This document shows positions 30,602-40,940 of a stretch of 64,000 nt of DNA, piece by piece. The notes below the pieces were generated by a model. It did not search any database. It had not been told where the DNA came from and saw only the letters and a program-made list of their open reading frames with translations. A program made the position numbers and the translations under genes. The first letter of the stretch is position 1; each line of letters opens with the position of its first letter. Source of the DNA: Candidatus Firestoneibacteriota bacterium (GTDB taxonomy: Bacteria; Oederibacteriota; D2-FULL-39-29); assembly GCA_026388015.1 (NCBI GenBank), contig JAPLKO010000059.1, positions 566 to 64,565 on the forward strand, given 5' to 3'.

Positions 30602-31510
30602 TTATTCGTGATGTTTTATTTCTGACGACTGTATTCCTGACTTGGCTCCGGCGATTATACCTTTACCTTTGCAGCCGAAGAAGCCCATATACTCTCTAAC
30701 TCTGTCTTTTACCGCATTCTTTCCCGGTAGAAGAATCTTTCTCATATCTTTTTCCGCAGGGTTCTTGTTGTAGGCGTCTCCTATAGCTTTTACAAAGGAA
30801 ACGGAAAGCTGGGTGGCAACGTTGATTTTGCAGAGTCCGTTGGCGATACCTTCCTTGATAGACTCAGGGTCAACGCCGGAAGAACCGTGAAGGACCAAAG
30901 GAATATTGATTACTGACCTGATCTTCTTTAATCTCGGAATATCCAGCTTTGCCGTACGGTCTTTCATTGCATGAACTGAACCGATAGCGACAGCGAGGGA
31001 GTCAATTTTGGTGGCTTCCACGAATTTTACCGCTTCATCAGGCTGGGTCATTGCTTTTTCTATGGTTTCGGCGGAGTTGTTGTCGCCGATTTGGAGTACT
31101 TTCCCGAGTTCTGCTTCTACCGGAATCTTGCAAGCGTGCGCCATTTCTGTGATCTTTGCCGTCATTCTAATATTATCTTCAAAGTTAAGAGCTGAACCGT
31201 CGAACATTAGAGAAGTAAAACCGGCTCTTAGACATCTTACGTTCTGCAGATAATCCGTGCCGTGGTCGAGGTGGAGAATGACAGGTACCGAGGCAAGCGC
31301 TGCGGCGGCCTTTACCATCTCTGTTGCCATTTCAAGACCTGCGTACTTGATTGCTCCCTGACTTACCTGGATGATTACCGGAGCCTGTTCTTCTTCTGCA
31401 ACTTCTATGATAGCTTCTACAAACTCCATATTGTTTGCATTGAAGGCGCCTATACCGAATTTCTCTTTCTGAGCTTTCAACAACCATTCCGTACTTGACA
31501 TTAAAGGCAT
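30602..31510 (-). CDS. fba: Class II fructose-bisphosphate aldolase (FBA/tagatose-bisphosphate aldolase family)
   Basis: The LHLDHG zinc-binding motif is present, along with AFNANNMEF… Length is 302 aa. Confidence 0.85.
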   Translation of the reverse strand: MPLMSSTEWLLKAQKEKFGIGAFNANNMEFVEAIIEVAEEEQAPVIIQVSQGAIKYAGLEMATEMVKAAAALASVPVILHLDHGTDYLQNVRCLRAGFTSLMFDGSALNFEDNIRMTAKITEMAHACKIPVEAELGKVLQIGDNNSAETIEKAMTQPDEAVKFVEATKIDSLAVAIGSVHAMKDRTAKLDIPRLKKIRSVINIPLVLHGSSGVDPESIKEGIANGLCKINVATQLSVSFVKAIGDAYNKNPAEKDMRKILLPGKNAVKDRVREYMGFFGCKGKGIIAGAKSGIQSSEIKHHE

Positions 31511-31566
31511 TTGTTTTCCTCCCGTAGAAAAAAATTAAAATTTATGAAAATAAATAAAATCAGGCT

Positions 31567-32070
31567 TTAGGCCCAGGATTTTGTTTTAAGATCCTTAATA
31601 ATTGCTTCCTGTGTAGGGTACAAATCAACTATTATTTCTTCAGGCTTAAACCAGAGTTTAATCTCTCTTTCTGCGTCTTTTTCGTCGGAGGAGGCGTGTA
31701 TTACGTTCTCAAATACACCTTGCGTTGTTATTCTACCGAAGGAACCTCTGATAGAAACAGGATCTGCCTCTTCCGGGTTTGTAGCGCCTGCAATATCTCT
31801 TACTTTCTTGATAGCATCGTTACCCCAGTAAACCATAGCCATAACCTTGCGCCGGTCGTGAAACTCTCCCTGAAGATACTTTACTACATCGTTAAAGAAG
31901 GGCTTATCTTTTAAGTGTCTGTAATGGTCGGCAGCAAGTTCCCTGCTTACTCTTGCCATTTTGGTGGCTACAATTTCAAGTTTTGTCTCGGAGAGACGGG
32001 TGAGAATGTTACCGGTTAAGGACTTGGTCAGCCCGTCCGGTTTAATAAGAACTAAAGTTGCCTGATTCAT
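31567..32070 (-). CDS. ndk: Nucleoside diphosphate kinase
   Basis: LVLIKPDG and NVIHASSD (the NxxHxSD active-site region). It carries a ~20-aa C-terminal extension. Confidence 0.75.
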   Translation of the reverse strand: MNQATLVLIKPDGLTKSLTGNILTRLSETKLEIVATKMARVSRELAADHYRHLKDKPFFNDVVKYLQGEFHDRRKVMAMVYWGNDAIKKVRDIAGATNPEEADPVSIRGSFGRITTQGVFENVIHASSDEKDAEREIKLWFKPEEIIVDLYPTQEAIIKDLKTKSWA

Positions 32071-32345
32071 AGAACTCCTTTTATAATTATCTTAAGACAT
32101 GTCCATAACCATAATATTTTATAGGAAAACGTTAGAAAAGTCAAAGGTTAAATCCCTGCCCGTGGTTTAGGCAATAAAAGATGCTTAAACTGTGTTTGTA
32201 TGTGTATTTTTAGACTGATATCACATGCGCCAATTGTGTACGGCGAATCTTTTGTAGAGATAAAGCAAAGATACAACAAAAGACAATAAATATCTTGACT
32301 CAAAATGGTTGTTATTGCTAACTAATATTTGCTATAATTAAATTA

Positions 32346-32768
32346 ATGAAAAGAAAAGCGGGTGAAATAATAATCGAGCTGCTTCCCTCGGTGGTCAGGG
32401 AGATCTACACTGATATGAGATCTCTGGCTCATCCGGAGTTTACGGTGTTTCAGTTTCGTGTTCTCTCGAAACTGTTCGTAAAACCAAGCTCTAACGCCGA
32501 GTTGGCCCAATGGGCTGGCATAAACAAAGCCACGATGTCCAGAGCTTTAACTGCTCTTCAGATGAAAGGATTGATTGTCAAGAAAAAAAACAGGGATGAC
32601 AGGCGCAGTAATTGTGTTGTGCTGACCGGACAGGGGGAAAAGAAATATAAGAAAATAAGAAAGATGGTCAGCGATAAAATTTCCTATAAATTCGAAAAAA
32701 TAGAGAAAAATAAACAAAAGAGACTTATTAATGGTCTTGATATTCTGAGGGAGGTCTTTAGAAAATGA
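32346..32768 (+). CDS. MarR-family transcriptional regulator
   Basis: Winged-HTH region (…AQWAGINKATMSRALTALQMKGLIVKKKNRDDRRS…), 140 aa. A TATAAT box at 32333-32338 ends only ~8 nt before the ATG, suggesting a leaderless mRNA. Confidence 0.75.
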   Translation: MKRKAGEIIIELLPSVVREIYTDMRSLAHPEFTVFQFRVLSKLFVKPSSNAELAQWAGINKATMSRALTALQMKGLIVKKKNRDDRRSNCVVLTGQGEKKYKKIRKMVSDKISYKFEKIEKNKQKRLINGLDILREVFRK

Positions 32769-34018
32769 AAACACTGTGCAGCGTCTGTTCTTTTTTTGCA
32801 ATATTTGCAGCAGTTTTATCTGCAAAGCCGTTAATGTTAGAAAGCGCCTATAAAGCTGCTGTAGAGAAAACCGAATTCGGCGCAATTCAGACTGCCCAAA
32901 AAAAACAGTTTGAAGCTAGGACAGAAAAAGCTAAGGCGGGGCTTTCTCCTTTGCTTTCTCTTCAAAGCGGCTATGCTCTTCAGGGCGCTTCAGGTTCGGG
33001 GTATGCCGATTCCTTTATGCTTGCTCTAAATGTTACGCATCCTCTATATGACGGAGGAGCTCTTTCTGCGCTGTATGAACAGGCAAAGAAGCTGGAACGG
33101 TCGAAGGATTATCAACTGCTTGCCTCAAGAGCGGAACTCTATGCTTTAGTTGCTGCCTGCTTTTATGCTGTAGAGGCGGCAGAGAAAGACAAAAAAAACA
33201 TAGAAGCAATAATTAAACAGACAAAAGAAATGATAGAGGAACTTAAAAAGAGGCAGTTCATAGGCAAAGCCAAGCACAGTGAAGTGTTAATGGTGCAGGC
33301 TCAACTTTCTGTTCTTGAGTCGGATCTAGAGGGTGCGGTCAGAACAATAAATACTTCGCGGGAGGAATTTTCCTTCATTACCGGTATCTCGAAAAATGTT
33401 GAAATTGACAGCCGGGACAGCGGCGCAATTGAAGCTAAAGAACTGAAATTCTATCTTGAGGCGGCGGTAAAACATCCTGATATACTGGCTTTGGAGACGG
33501 CATTGGAGGCTGCGCGGATGGAAACGGAGCTGCAGGCGGCCGGTTCTCTCCCCGGAGTTTCGCTTACCGGTAATTTTTATCCTGTTCGAACAGGCGCTCT
33601 GGCCGGAATTAACTGGGATGCAGGTCTGGCTCTTAATATCAAACTGTTTGACTCGGGAAATATAGGATTTCGTGTCAAAGAAGCGGCAAATAAAGAGAGG
33701 GAAGCGGCTCTAAATCTTGAAAAGAAAAAAAAACAGACAGCGTCTGTAGTAAATGCAGTTTATGACAGGCTTAAAAGTTTACTCGAGCAAATTAATAAAC
33801 TCAAGACAGCGGTGGAGATGTCAGAGAAGAACTACCAGGAACAAAAAAAAGATTATGAGTTCAGTCTGGTTACAAATATTGAAGTGCTTCAGGCCATGAA
33901 TTCTTTGCAGAGCGCAAAAAGGTCTTTGGATCGCTTTGGGGTCGAGGCGCATTCTGCTCTGGCGGCTTTACTTTCTTCGGTTGCGCTGGTGCCTATAATT
34001 GAAAATAAGGAGAGATAA
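32765..34018 (+). CDS. TolC-family outer membrane efflux protein
   Basis: Signal peptide and two repeats of the TolC helical/beta pattern, 417 aa. Confidence 0.75.
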   Translation: MKTLCSVCSFFAIFAAVLSAKPLMLESAYKAAVEKTEFGAIQTAQKKQFEARTEKAKAGLSPLLSLQSGYALQGASGSGYADSFMLALNVTHPLYDGGALSALYEQAKKLERSKDYQLLASRAELYALVAACFYAVEAAEKDKKNIEAIIKQTKEMIEELKKRQFIGKAKHSEVLMVQAQLSVLESDLEGAVRTINTSREEFSFITGISKNVEIDSRDSGAIEAKELKFYLEAAVKHPDILALETALEAARMETELQAAGSLPGVSLTGNFYPVRTGALAGINWDAGLALNIKLFDSGNIGFRVKEAANKEREAALNLEKKKKQTASVVNAVYDRLKSLLEQINKLKTAVEMSEKNYQEQKKDYEFSLVTNIEVLQAMNSLQSAKRSLDRFGVEAHSALAALLSSVALVPIIENKER

Positions 34019-34021
34019 AAA

Positions 34022-37000
34022 ATGACCTTATCGGAAATATCCATAAAGAACCACGTTTTTGCCTGGATGCTTATGATAGCTCTTATATTGTTTGGAGGGA
34101 TAAGCTTTACCAGGATGGGTGTGAGCCAGCTTCCGAATGTAGACTCGCCGGTAGTGGTGATCAGATTAAGCCTTCCCGGCGCGGCTCCCGAGATTATGGA
34201 GCTGACAATTGTCGATACCGTTGAAGATGCTTTGACCGGTGTTCAGGGAATTAAAACTATAGCCTCGTCTTCAAGAACAGGCTCTGCAAATATTAACGTG
34301 GAGTTTGATTTAAGCAAAAATGTTGATGTTGCAGTACAGGAAATTCAGACCGCAATTACAAGGATACAAAGAAGATTGCCTGCCAATATGGAGCCTGTCG
34401 CCATTAGGAAAAGTAATCCGGATAATGATCCAATAATCTGGCTTTCTGTTTCCTCTGACAGTATGGAGAGGGCTGATTTAATGAAGCTGGTAAGGTATAA
34501 CATACAGGATAGTTTTACGACGGTGCCCGGAGTGGGCGATATTATGGTTGGCGGGTTTGCCGAACCTAATCTTAGAGTCTGGCTTGATAAAAAGAAAATG
34601 GCGGCGTTACAGCTTACGGCTTCGGATGTCAGCAATGCAATAAAAAAGGAACATGATGAACAGCCCGGAGGCCGAGTTGAAACGGACAGTAAAGAGTTTA
34701 ACATCAGGACAAAAGGCGAGGCGGAGAGCGTTGAAGCTTTTAGCGAAATTTCCATTAATACCCGCGGGGGAAAATATAATTATATTCCGGTAGCCCTAAA
34801 GGATATAGCAAAGATCGAAAAAGGTACGGAAGATATAAGAAGCATCTCCAGAACGCAAGGGAAAACTGCCGTGGGTATCGGTATTATGAAACAGCCCGGA
34901 ACAAACTCTGTTGAGGTGGGAAAAGAGATAAAGAAAAGAATGAAAGAAATATCCGGGTATCTTCCTAAAGGTGTGGAGATCGGGGTAAGGTTTGATCTTA
35001 CTTCTTTTGTCGAAGAATCAATTAAAGAATTATATTTTACTCTAATACTCGCAGCTTTGCTGACCTCTCTGGTTTGCTGGCTCTTTTTGGGTTCCTGGAC
35101 GGCAACACTAAACATTATCCTGGCAATTCCTACTTCAATCATTGGTACTTTTATGGCTCTAAATGCTTTAGGATATACTCTAAATACGTTTACGCTGCTT
35201 GGTTTATCTCTGGCTATAGGAATTGTGGTCGATGATGCCATAATGGTGCTGGAAAATATCGTGAGGCACAGAGAAAGAGGACAGGGAAAGAAGCTGGCAG
35301 CGCTTACGGGCTCAAAAGAGATAACGTTTGCGGCTATAGCAGCAACTGCGGCAATTATTGCAATTTTTCTCCCTGTCGCTTTTATGGAAGGCGTTATCGG
35401 ACGTTACTTTCTACAGTTCGGTGTGACACTTTCTGTTGCCGTGCTCTTTTCTCTTCTAGAAGCTCTGACTTTAACGCCGATGAGATGTTCGCGGTTTTTA
35501 TCTATTGGCGAAAGATCTACCTGGCTTGGAAAAGGAATGGATTCACTGTTTAATAAAAGCGCTGCTTTCTATAAACGTTTGGTCCCCGCATCTATTAATC
35601 ATCCCTATATAGTGATAATCTCCGCAACCTTGTTTTTTGTTGCAACCCTCGGAATCGGTATTTTTGGATTGAAAAGAGAAATGATGCCCGCTCAGGACCA
35701 GAGCCGGCTTACGGTTGAGTTGCGCACATCGGTAGGCTCTTCTCTGTCTTATATGGATGAAAAAACAAAAGAAGTGGAAGCGTATCTTAACGGCAAGAAA
35801 GAGGTGGAGAGTATCTTCACTACAGTCGGAGGCGGGAATGTTAACAACGCCAGAATTATGGTTACTTTAAAGCCAAAGTTGGACAGAAAGCTTTCAGCTC
35901 AGGAATTTATGAAAGTAATTAGAAAAGAAACAAAAAATATCAAGGATACCAAAATTATTGTTCAGGATCCCTCTCTGGCTTTTTCTACAGGCGGCGGCGG
36001 AAGCAGTAAACCGGTTTCATTCTCAATAAGGGGGCCTGATTGGGACAAACTGGTTAACTTTTCCGAAAGAATTATGGAAGAAATGGAAGCGACCAAGAAG
36101 ATGGTGGATATTGATTCTAATTATTTAGCCGGAATGCCGGAGCTGGAAATTATTCCTGACCGGGTAAAGGCCAGGGAAAGAGGCGTTGATGTCGTCGAAA
36201 TTTCTGATACGGTAAATATGATGATGGCTAGCTCTGTAGTTGGGAAATATTCTGACAGTGGAAGACGATATGATATTCGAGTAGGGCTTCCTGCTTCGGA
36301 TAGGGCTTCAGTTGATTCTATCAGCAGTCTTCAGGTGAGAAACAACAGGGGCGAGCTTATTCCGATAAATGATGTTGTAAAGATAAACAAAAAGAAAAGT
36401 TTGCAGGCAATATCCAGAGAAGATAGACAGCGGGCAATAAACGTCAATGCAAATGTTGCCTCGGAAAGTTCCCAACAAGAGGCGATAGATGAGGTTTACC
36501 GGATTGCAAAAAAGGTGCTTCCTGACGGTTATATTGCCGTGCCGGTCGGAAATACAAAAACATACGGTGAGTCTTTTGCCGGGCTCTATTTTGCCCTGAT
36601 TTTAGGGATAATTGTAGCGTACATGGTGCTGGCTTCGCAGTTTAACAGCTTTTCCCAGCCGATAACCATACTGATGGCGTTACCTTTCTCTGTTTCCGGA
36701 GCGTTTTTGGGTCTTTATTTCTTTGGCCTGACCCTGAATATCTTTAGTATGATCGGCTTAATACTTCTTATGGGTATCGTTAAGAAGAATTCAATACTGC
36801 TCGTAGATTTTACCAATCAGATGCGGGAAAAAGGAATGCCTGTAAAAGAGGCCCTGATAGAAGCCTGTCCCATCAGGCTGCGTCCTATACTCATGACCTC
36901 TATTGCAACCATAGCTGCGGCTGTTCCGGCTGCTCTTGCTCTGGGTCCCGGCGCAGAGACTAGAATACCGATGGCAGTATCGGTAATATTCGGCGTTACC

Positions 37001-37099
37001 ATATCAACCGTCTTAACGCTGTTTGTTGTTCCGTCTTTCTATGTATTACTGGAGAGGTGGTTCCCTTCAGAAGAGAGCAAAAAAGGAATAAGAAAATAA
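34022..37099 (+). CDS. RND-superfamily efflux permease (AcrB/HAE1-like)
   Basis: 1025 aa with 12 TM segments and two large periplasmic loops. Conserved RND blocks are present (…GLSLAIGIVVDDAIMVLENI… and …LILLMGIVKKNSILLVDF…). Confidence 0.85.
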   Translation: MTLSEISIKNHVFAWMLMIALILFGGISFTRMGVSQLPNVDSPVVVIRLSLPGAAPEIMELTIVDTVEDALTGVQGIKTIASSSRTGSANINVEFDLSKNVDVAVQEIQTAITRIQRRLPANMEPVAIRKSNPDNDPIIWLSVSSDSMERADLMKLVRYNIQDSFTTVPGVGDIMVGGFAEPNLRVWLDKKKMAALQLTASDVSNAIKKEHDEQPGGRVETDSKEFNIRTKGEAESVEAFSEISINTRGGKYNYIPVALKDIAKIEKGTEDIRSISRTQGKTAVGIGIMKQPGTNSVEVGKEIKKRMKEISGYLPKGVEIGVRFDLTSFVEESIKELYFTLILAALLTSLVCWLFLGSWTATLNIILAIPTSIIGTFMALNALGYTLNTFTLLGLSLAIGIVVDDAIMVLENIVRHRERGQGKKLAALTGSKEITFAAIAATAAIIAIFLPVAFMEGVIGRYFLQFGVTLSVAVLFSLLEALTLTPMRCSRFLSIGERSTWLGKGMDSLFNKSAAFYKRLVPASINHPYIVIISATLFFVATLGIGIFGLKREMMPAQDQSRLTVELRTSVGSSLSYMDEKTKEVEAYLNGKKEVESIFTTVGGGNVNNARIMVTLKPKLDRKLSAQEFMKVIRKETKNIKDTKIIVQDPSLAFSTGGGGSSKPVSFSIRGPDWDKLVNFSERIMEEMEATKKMVDIDSNYLAGMPELEIIPDRVKARERGVDVVEISDTVNMMMASSVVGKYSDSGRRYDIRVGLPASDRASVDSISSLQVRNNRGELIPINDVVKINKKKSLQAISREDRQRAINVNANVASESSQQEAIDEVYRIAKKVLPDGYIAVPVGNTKTYGESFAGLYFALILGIIVAYMVLASQFNSFSQPITILMALPFSVSGAFLGLYFFGLTLNIFSMIGLILLMGIVKKNSILLVDFTNQMREKGMPVKEALIEACPIRLRPILMTSIATIAAAVPAALALGPGAETRIPMAVSVIFGVTISTVLTLFVVPSFYVLLERWFPSEESKKGIRK

Positions 37100-37135
37100 A
37101 ATAGAAGACATAAAAAAACAAAATACGGAAAGAAA

Positions 37136-37170
37136 TAAAGTTTCGGCGAAACTTTGCCGGTTATTTTTTA
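37136..37170 (+). terminator. Candidate terminator hairpin after the RND gene
   Basis: 8-bp stem AAAGTTTC-GGC-GAAACTTT followed by a T-rich tract (…TTATTTTTTA). Confidence 0.4.
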
Positions 37171-37277
37171 TAGAAAAACCACTCAAAATTTGCTAATATA
37201 ATCTTTAAATATGCCCTTGCCGGGCATTTTTGTATTGGGTACGCATATATATGTAGGGAGGGAAAAAGTTAAAAGAG

Positions 37278-38495
37278 ATGGGGATAATCGTACAGAAATT
37301 CGGCGGGTCGTCGGTGGCTACACCGGCAAATATGAAAGATGTAGCAAAAAGAATTGTTAAATGCAAGAATGAAGGTAATCAGGTGGTTGTGGTTGTTTCT
37401 GCTCCAGGTGATGAAACTGACGAGCTTATCGACCTGGCAAAACAGATAACAGATTCCCCTGATGAAAGGGAAATGGATGTTCTCCTCGCTACCGGGGAGC
37501 AAAAATCCATAGCTCTTATGGCAATCGCAATTAAAGCTTTTGGCTGTGATGCCATTTCTTTTACGGGACCGCAGGTGGGTATTGTTACTGACGATGTGCA
37601 CGGCAAGGCAAGAATTGTCAAGATTGGCGGAGAAAAGATTGTAAAGGCTTTGAAGCTGGACAAAGTTGTTATTGTCGCGGGCTTTCAGGGAATGGATGAA
37701 GACGAAGATATTACGACTCTCGGGCGCGGCGGTTCTGATCTTACCGCTGTGGCGATAGCAACCGCTCTCGGCGCAGAGGTCTGTGAACTTTATAAAGATG
37801 TGGACGGGATACTGACTACCAACCCGAAAGTGGTGCCGGAGGCAAAACTTATCAGGCATATCTCCTATGAAGAGATGCTTGAAATGGCTTCAGCCGGAGC
37901 GCAGGTTGTGAATGTCAGATCTATTGAATATGCGCAAAGGTATAACATGCCGATGCGGGTGAGACCCACCTTTAATGAAGGTCTGGGAACAATGATTACT
38001 ATGGAGGCCAGGGAAATGGAAAAATTATACGTGAGCGGAGTTACCTACAGTAAAGATGAGATAAAAATTACAGTTTACGGTATTCCCGATAAACCGGGAA
38101 ATGCGGGTGTTATTTTCAGGGCCATTGCCGAGGAAAATATTAATGTGGATATGATAGTTCAGGACGTAAGCGAAGAGGGTATAACTAATATCTCTTTCAC
38201 CGTCGGTAAGGACGAGCTAAAAAAGTCTCTGGCTGCCGTCGAAAAGGTTAAGGCTAAAGTCGGAATAAAGAACATTATGATAGACGAAGGTATAGCCAAG
38301 ATATCGGTGGTCGGCGTGGGGATGAGAAGTCATGCAGGTGTTGCGGCTATGATGTTTGAAGCCCTCTCGGAATGCGGCGTAAATATTGAGATGATTTCTA
38401 CTTCTGAGATCAAGATATCCGTCGTAATCGATAAAGCTAAGACTGAAGATGCGGTAAGAAAACTGCATGCAAAATTTAATTTGGATAAAATTTAA
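37278..38495 (+). CDS. lysC: Aspartate kinase (monofunctional, with C-terminal ACT domains)
   Basis: MGIIVQKFGGSSVA N-terminus, a kinase core, and two ACT repeats at the C-terminus. Confidence 0.85.
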   Translation: MGIIVQKFGGSSVATPANMKDVAKRIVKCKNEGNQVVVVVSAPGDETDELIDLAKQITDSPDEREMDVLLATGEQKSIALMAIAIKAFGCDAISFTGPQVGIVTDDVHGKARIVKIGGEKIVKALKLDKVVIVAGFQGMDEDEDITTLGRGGSDLTAVAIATALGAEVCELYKDVDGILTTNPKVVPEAKLIRHISYEEMLEMASAGAQVVNVRSIEYAQRYNMPMRVRPTFNEGLGTMITMEAREMEKLYVSGVTYSKDEIKITVYGIPDKPGNAGVIFRAIAEENINVDMIVQDVSEEGITNISFTVGKDELKKSLAAVEKVKAKVGIKNIMIDEGIAKISVVGVGMRSHAGVAAMMFEALSECGVNIEMISTSEIKISVVIDKAKTEDAVRKLHAKFNLDKI

Positions 38496-38600
38496 AGAAA
38501 ATCGACAATCTGGAGAAAGCGGAGAAAATCTCTGCCGGAATTTAGTAGGAAACAATATGACAGGCATACCGTGAGTGCAAAAACACTCTAAGGCAGGAAT

Positions 38601-40166
38601 ATGAAAAAAGTTATTCTTTACGATACTACGCTTAGGGACGGGGCCCAGGGGGAAGGTGTTTCTTTCTCTGTTGAGGAAAAGCTAAAGGTAGCAAAAAAAC
38701 TTGATGAGATTGGCATTGAATATATAGAAGGCGGCTGGCCGGGCGCTAACCCTAAAGACGCCGAGTTTTTCCAGAAGCTGAAGGAACTAAAGCTTAAACA
38801 TTCTAAAGGCGTTGCGTTCGGGAGCACCAGACGCGCAAAAAATGCGGCTAAAGAAGATGAAAATCTTAAGGCTATAGTAAGATCAGGCGCGCCTGCGGCT
38901 GCAATATTTGGCAAGAGCTGGGATCTCCACGTGACGGAGGCTCTCCGTATATCCTTAGAAGAAAACTTGAAATTAATCGGTGATTCCGTGGATTATCTCA
39001 AGTCACACAAGCTTGAGGTTTTCTACGACGCCGAGCATTTCTTTGACGGGTACAAGGCCAATAAGGAATATGCAATTAAAACTTTACTTGCGGCGGAAAA
39101 GGCCGGGGCTGATTATATGGTGCTTTGCGATACGAATGGGGGGTGCCTGACTTCTGAGATTAAGTCTATTCTTGAAGAAGTAAAAAAACACATAAAAATT
39201 CCTCTGGGTATTCATGCGCATAATGATTCCGATATGGCTACCGCAAATACTATTGCTGCTGTTGAAGGCGGCGCGGTGGTAGTGGAAGGAACCATCAACG
39301 GTTTTGGCGAGAGATGCGGAAATGCAAATCTTTGTCTGGTTATCCCGAATTTACAGCTTAAACTCGGTATTCCCTGTCTGGTTCCGGCAAAATTAAAAGA
39401 ACTTACAGTTTTATCCATTTTCGTGGCGGAGATTGCAAATATTACGCTTCCGGATAATATGCCTTTTGTCGGCTACTCGGCCTTTGCGCATAAGGGTGGT
39501 ATTCACGTGGATGCGGTAAAGAAAAACCCAAAAACATATGAGCATACGGAGCCGGAACTTGTAGGAAATAAAAGAAGGGTGCTTATTTCTGATCAATCAG
39601 GTATCAGCAACGTGCTTTATAAAGCGATGGAGCTTAATTTGGATCTCGGAAAAGATAATCCGGCCTCTAAAGAGCTGCTAAAAAAACTAAAAGAGCTGGA
39701 AAATCAGGGGTATAATTATGAAGATGCGGAAGCTTCCTTTGAGCTTTTAATGAAGAAAGCCACAAAAACCCACAGGACATTTTTCAACCTGGAAGAGTTC
39801 CGGGTTCTTGTGGAAAGCAAAAAAGGAAAAATCGTATCTGAAGCCATAATAAAAGTCAGAGTAAAAGGTGTGGAAGAGCACACTGTAGCGGAAGGTAACG
39901 GGCCGGTAGATGCTTTGAATAATGCAATCCGGAAGGCGCTTGAGCGTTTCTATCCTTCATTAACACAGGTACATCTAAGAGACTTTAAAGTAAGAATAGT
40001 TAACCCAAAGGCCGCAACACAGGCGATTTGCCGCGTTATAATTGAATCCTCCGACGGCAAAGCTATCTGGAGTACGGTCGGAGTTTCCGCAAATCTTATT
40101 GAAGCCAGCTGGTACGCCCTGGTAGACAGTATTGAATACAAACTGTTAAAAGACGGTGTTAAGTAA
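38601..40166 (+). CDS. LeuA/CimA family: (R)-citramalate synthase or 2-isopropylmalate synthase
   Basis: ILYDTTLRDGAQGEGVSFSVEEKLKVAKKLDEIGIEYIEGGWPGANPKD is the DRE-TIM metallolyase fold with a CimA-like GGWPG block. A LeuA-dimer-type C-terminal regulatory domain is present. Confidence 0.75.
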   Translation: MKKVILYDTTLRDGAQGEGVSFSVEEKLKVAKKLDEIGIEYIEGGWPGANPKDAEFFQKLKELKLKHSKGVAFGSTRRAKNAAKEDENLKAIVRSGAPAAAIFGKSWDLHVTEALRISLEENLKLIGDSVDYLKSHKLEVFYDAEHFFDGYKANKEYAIKTLLAAEKAGADYMVLCDTNGGCLTSEIKSILEEVKKHIKIPLGIHAHNDSDMATANTIAAVEGGAVVVEGTINGFGERCGNANLCLVIPNLQLKLGIPCLVPAKLKELTVLSIFVAEIANITLPDNMPFVGYSAFAHKGGIHVDAVKKNPKTYEHTEPELVGNKRRVLISDQSGISNVLYKAMELNLDLGKDNPASKELLKKLKELENQGYNYEDAEASFELLMKKATKTHRTFFNLEEFRVLVESKKGKIVSEAIIKVRVKGVEEHTVAEGNGPVDALNNAIRKALERFYPSLTQVHLRDFKVRIVNPKAATQAICRVIIESSDGKAIWSTVGVSANLIEASWYALVDSIEYKLLKDGVK

Positions 40167-40852
40167 TGACGGTACTGAAAGCTTTTTCTTTCCTTATTCC
40201 AATGCTTCTGATTTTTACCGGCTGCGGGCCGTATTATCGTACGGTTATTTCTATGGAACCGGTTAAGACAGGGGCATACGCCGTCAACTCCGCAGAAATG
40301 GCCTGTTCTGTAGAAAAAGAAGGCGTTAAAATAACACTCGTTTTTGAAAAAAGAAAAAATCTTGAAGCCGTCTCTCAGCAGAGCAGCTGGAACCCCTATT
40401 TAAACGAGCAAAAACTCTTCTTTTATGTTTTTAAATTTACTGTGGAAAATGACGGGCAGAATAAAATATTTATTGATACAGGAAAAACTGTATTATTAGA
40501 CGGGCTCGGAGGCCAGCTGAACGCTCTCTCTCTGGATTATTTTAGAGCGCTTTACCCGGTGACCACAATACTTGAACAAAATACCCGTTTTCGCGGGGAT
40601 GCGTATTTCGACAAGACGGTTATTTATACGGACGACTACTACAGGTTAAATAAAGCAGAAAAAACTCTTTTTGTAAACGGAGAACTTTACCCGGGAGTAA
40701 AAAGAGAAGGTTATATTGTTTTCGAACAGGTGAAACAGGGTGCCGGAAAAATCACCGTGCATCTATCCGGTATTACACTGAAGGAAGGCGCTAAACCTGA
40801 AGAAATCAGGTTCGAATATTTGCATAACGTGAGCATTAAAGAAGTAAAGTAA
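40166..40852 (+). CDS. Hypothetical lipoprotein
   Basis: Signal peptide with lipobox (LLIFTGC|G) and a beta-rich body. The ATG overlaps the cimA stop. Confidence 0.5.
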   Translation: MTVLKAFSFLIPMLLIFTGCGPYYRTVISMEPVKTGAYAVNSAEMACSVEKEGVKITLVFEKRKNLEAVSQQSSWNPYLNEQKLFFYVFKFTVENDGQNKIFIDTGKTVLLDGLGGQLNALSLDYFRALYPVTTILEQNTRFRGDAYFDKTVIYTDDYYRLNKAEKTLFVNGELYPGVKREGYIVFEQVKQGAGKITVHLSGITLKEGAKPEEIRFEYLHNVSIKEVK

Positions 40853-40940
40853 AGAAAATATTTATTCCTGTTAATATGGATGCAGCGATTTTGTTTGGGA
40901 GTCAGAATATTTTAATTAGTTATTATTTCAAGGAGTCTTT

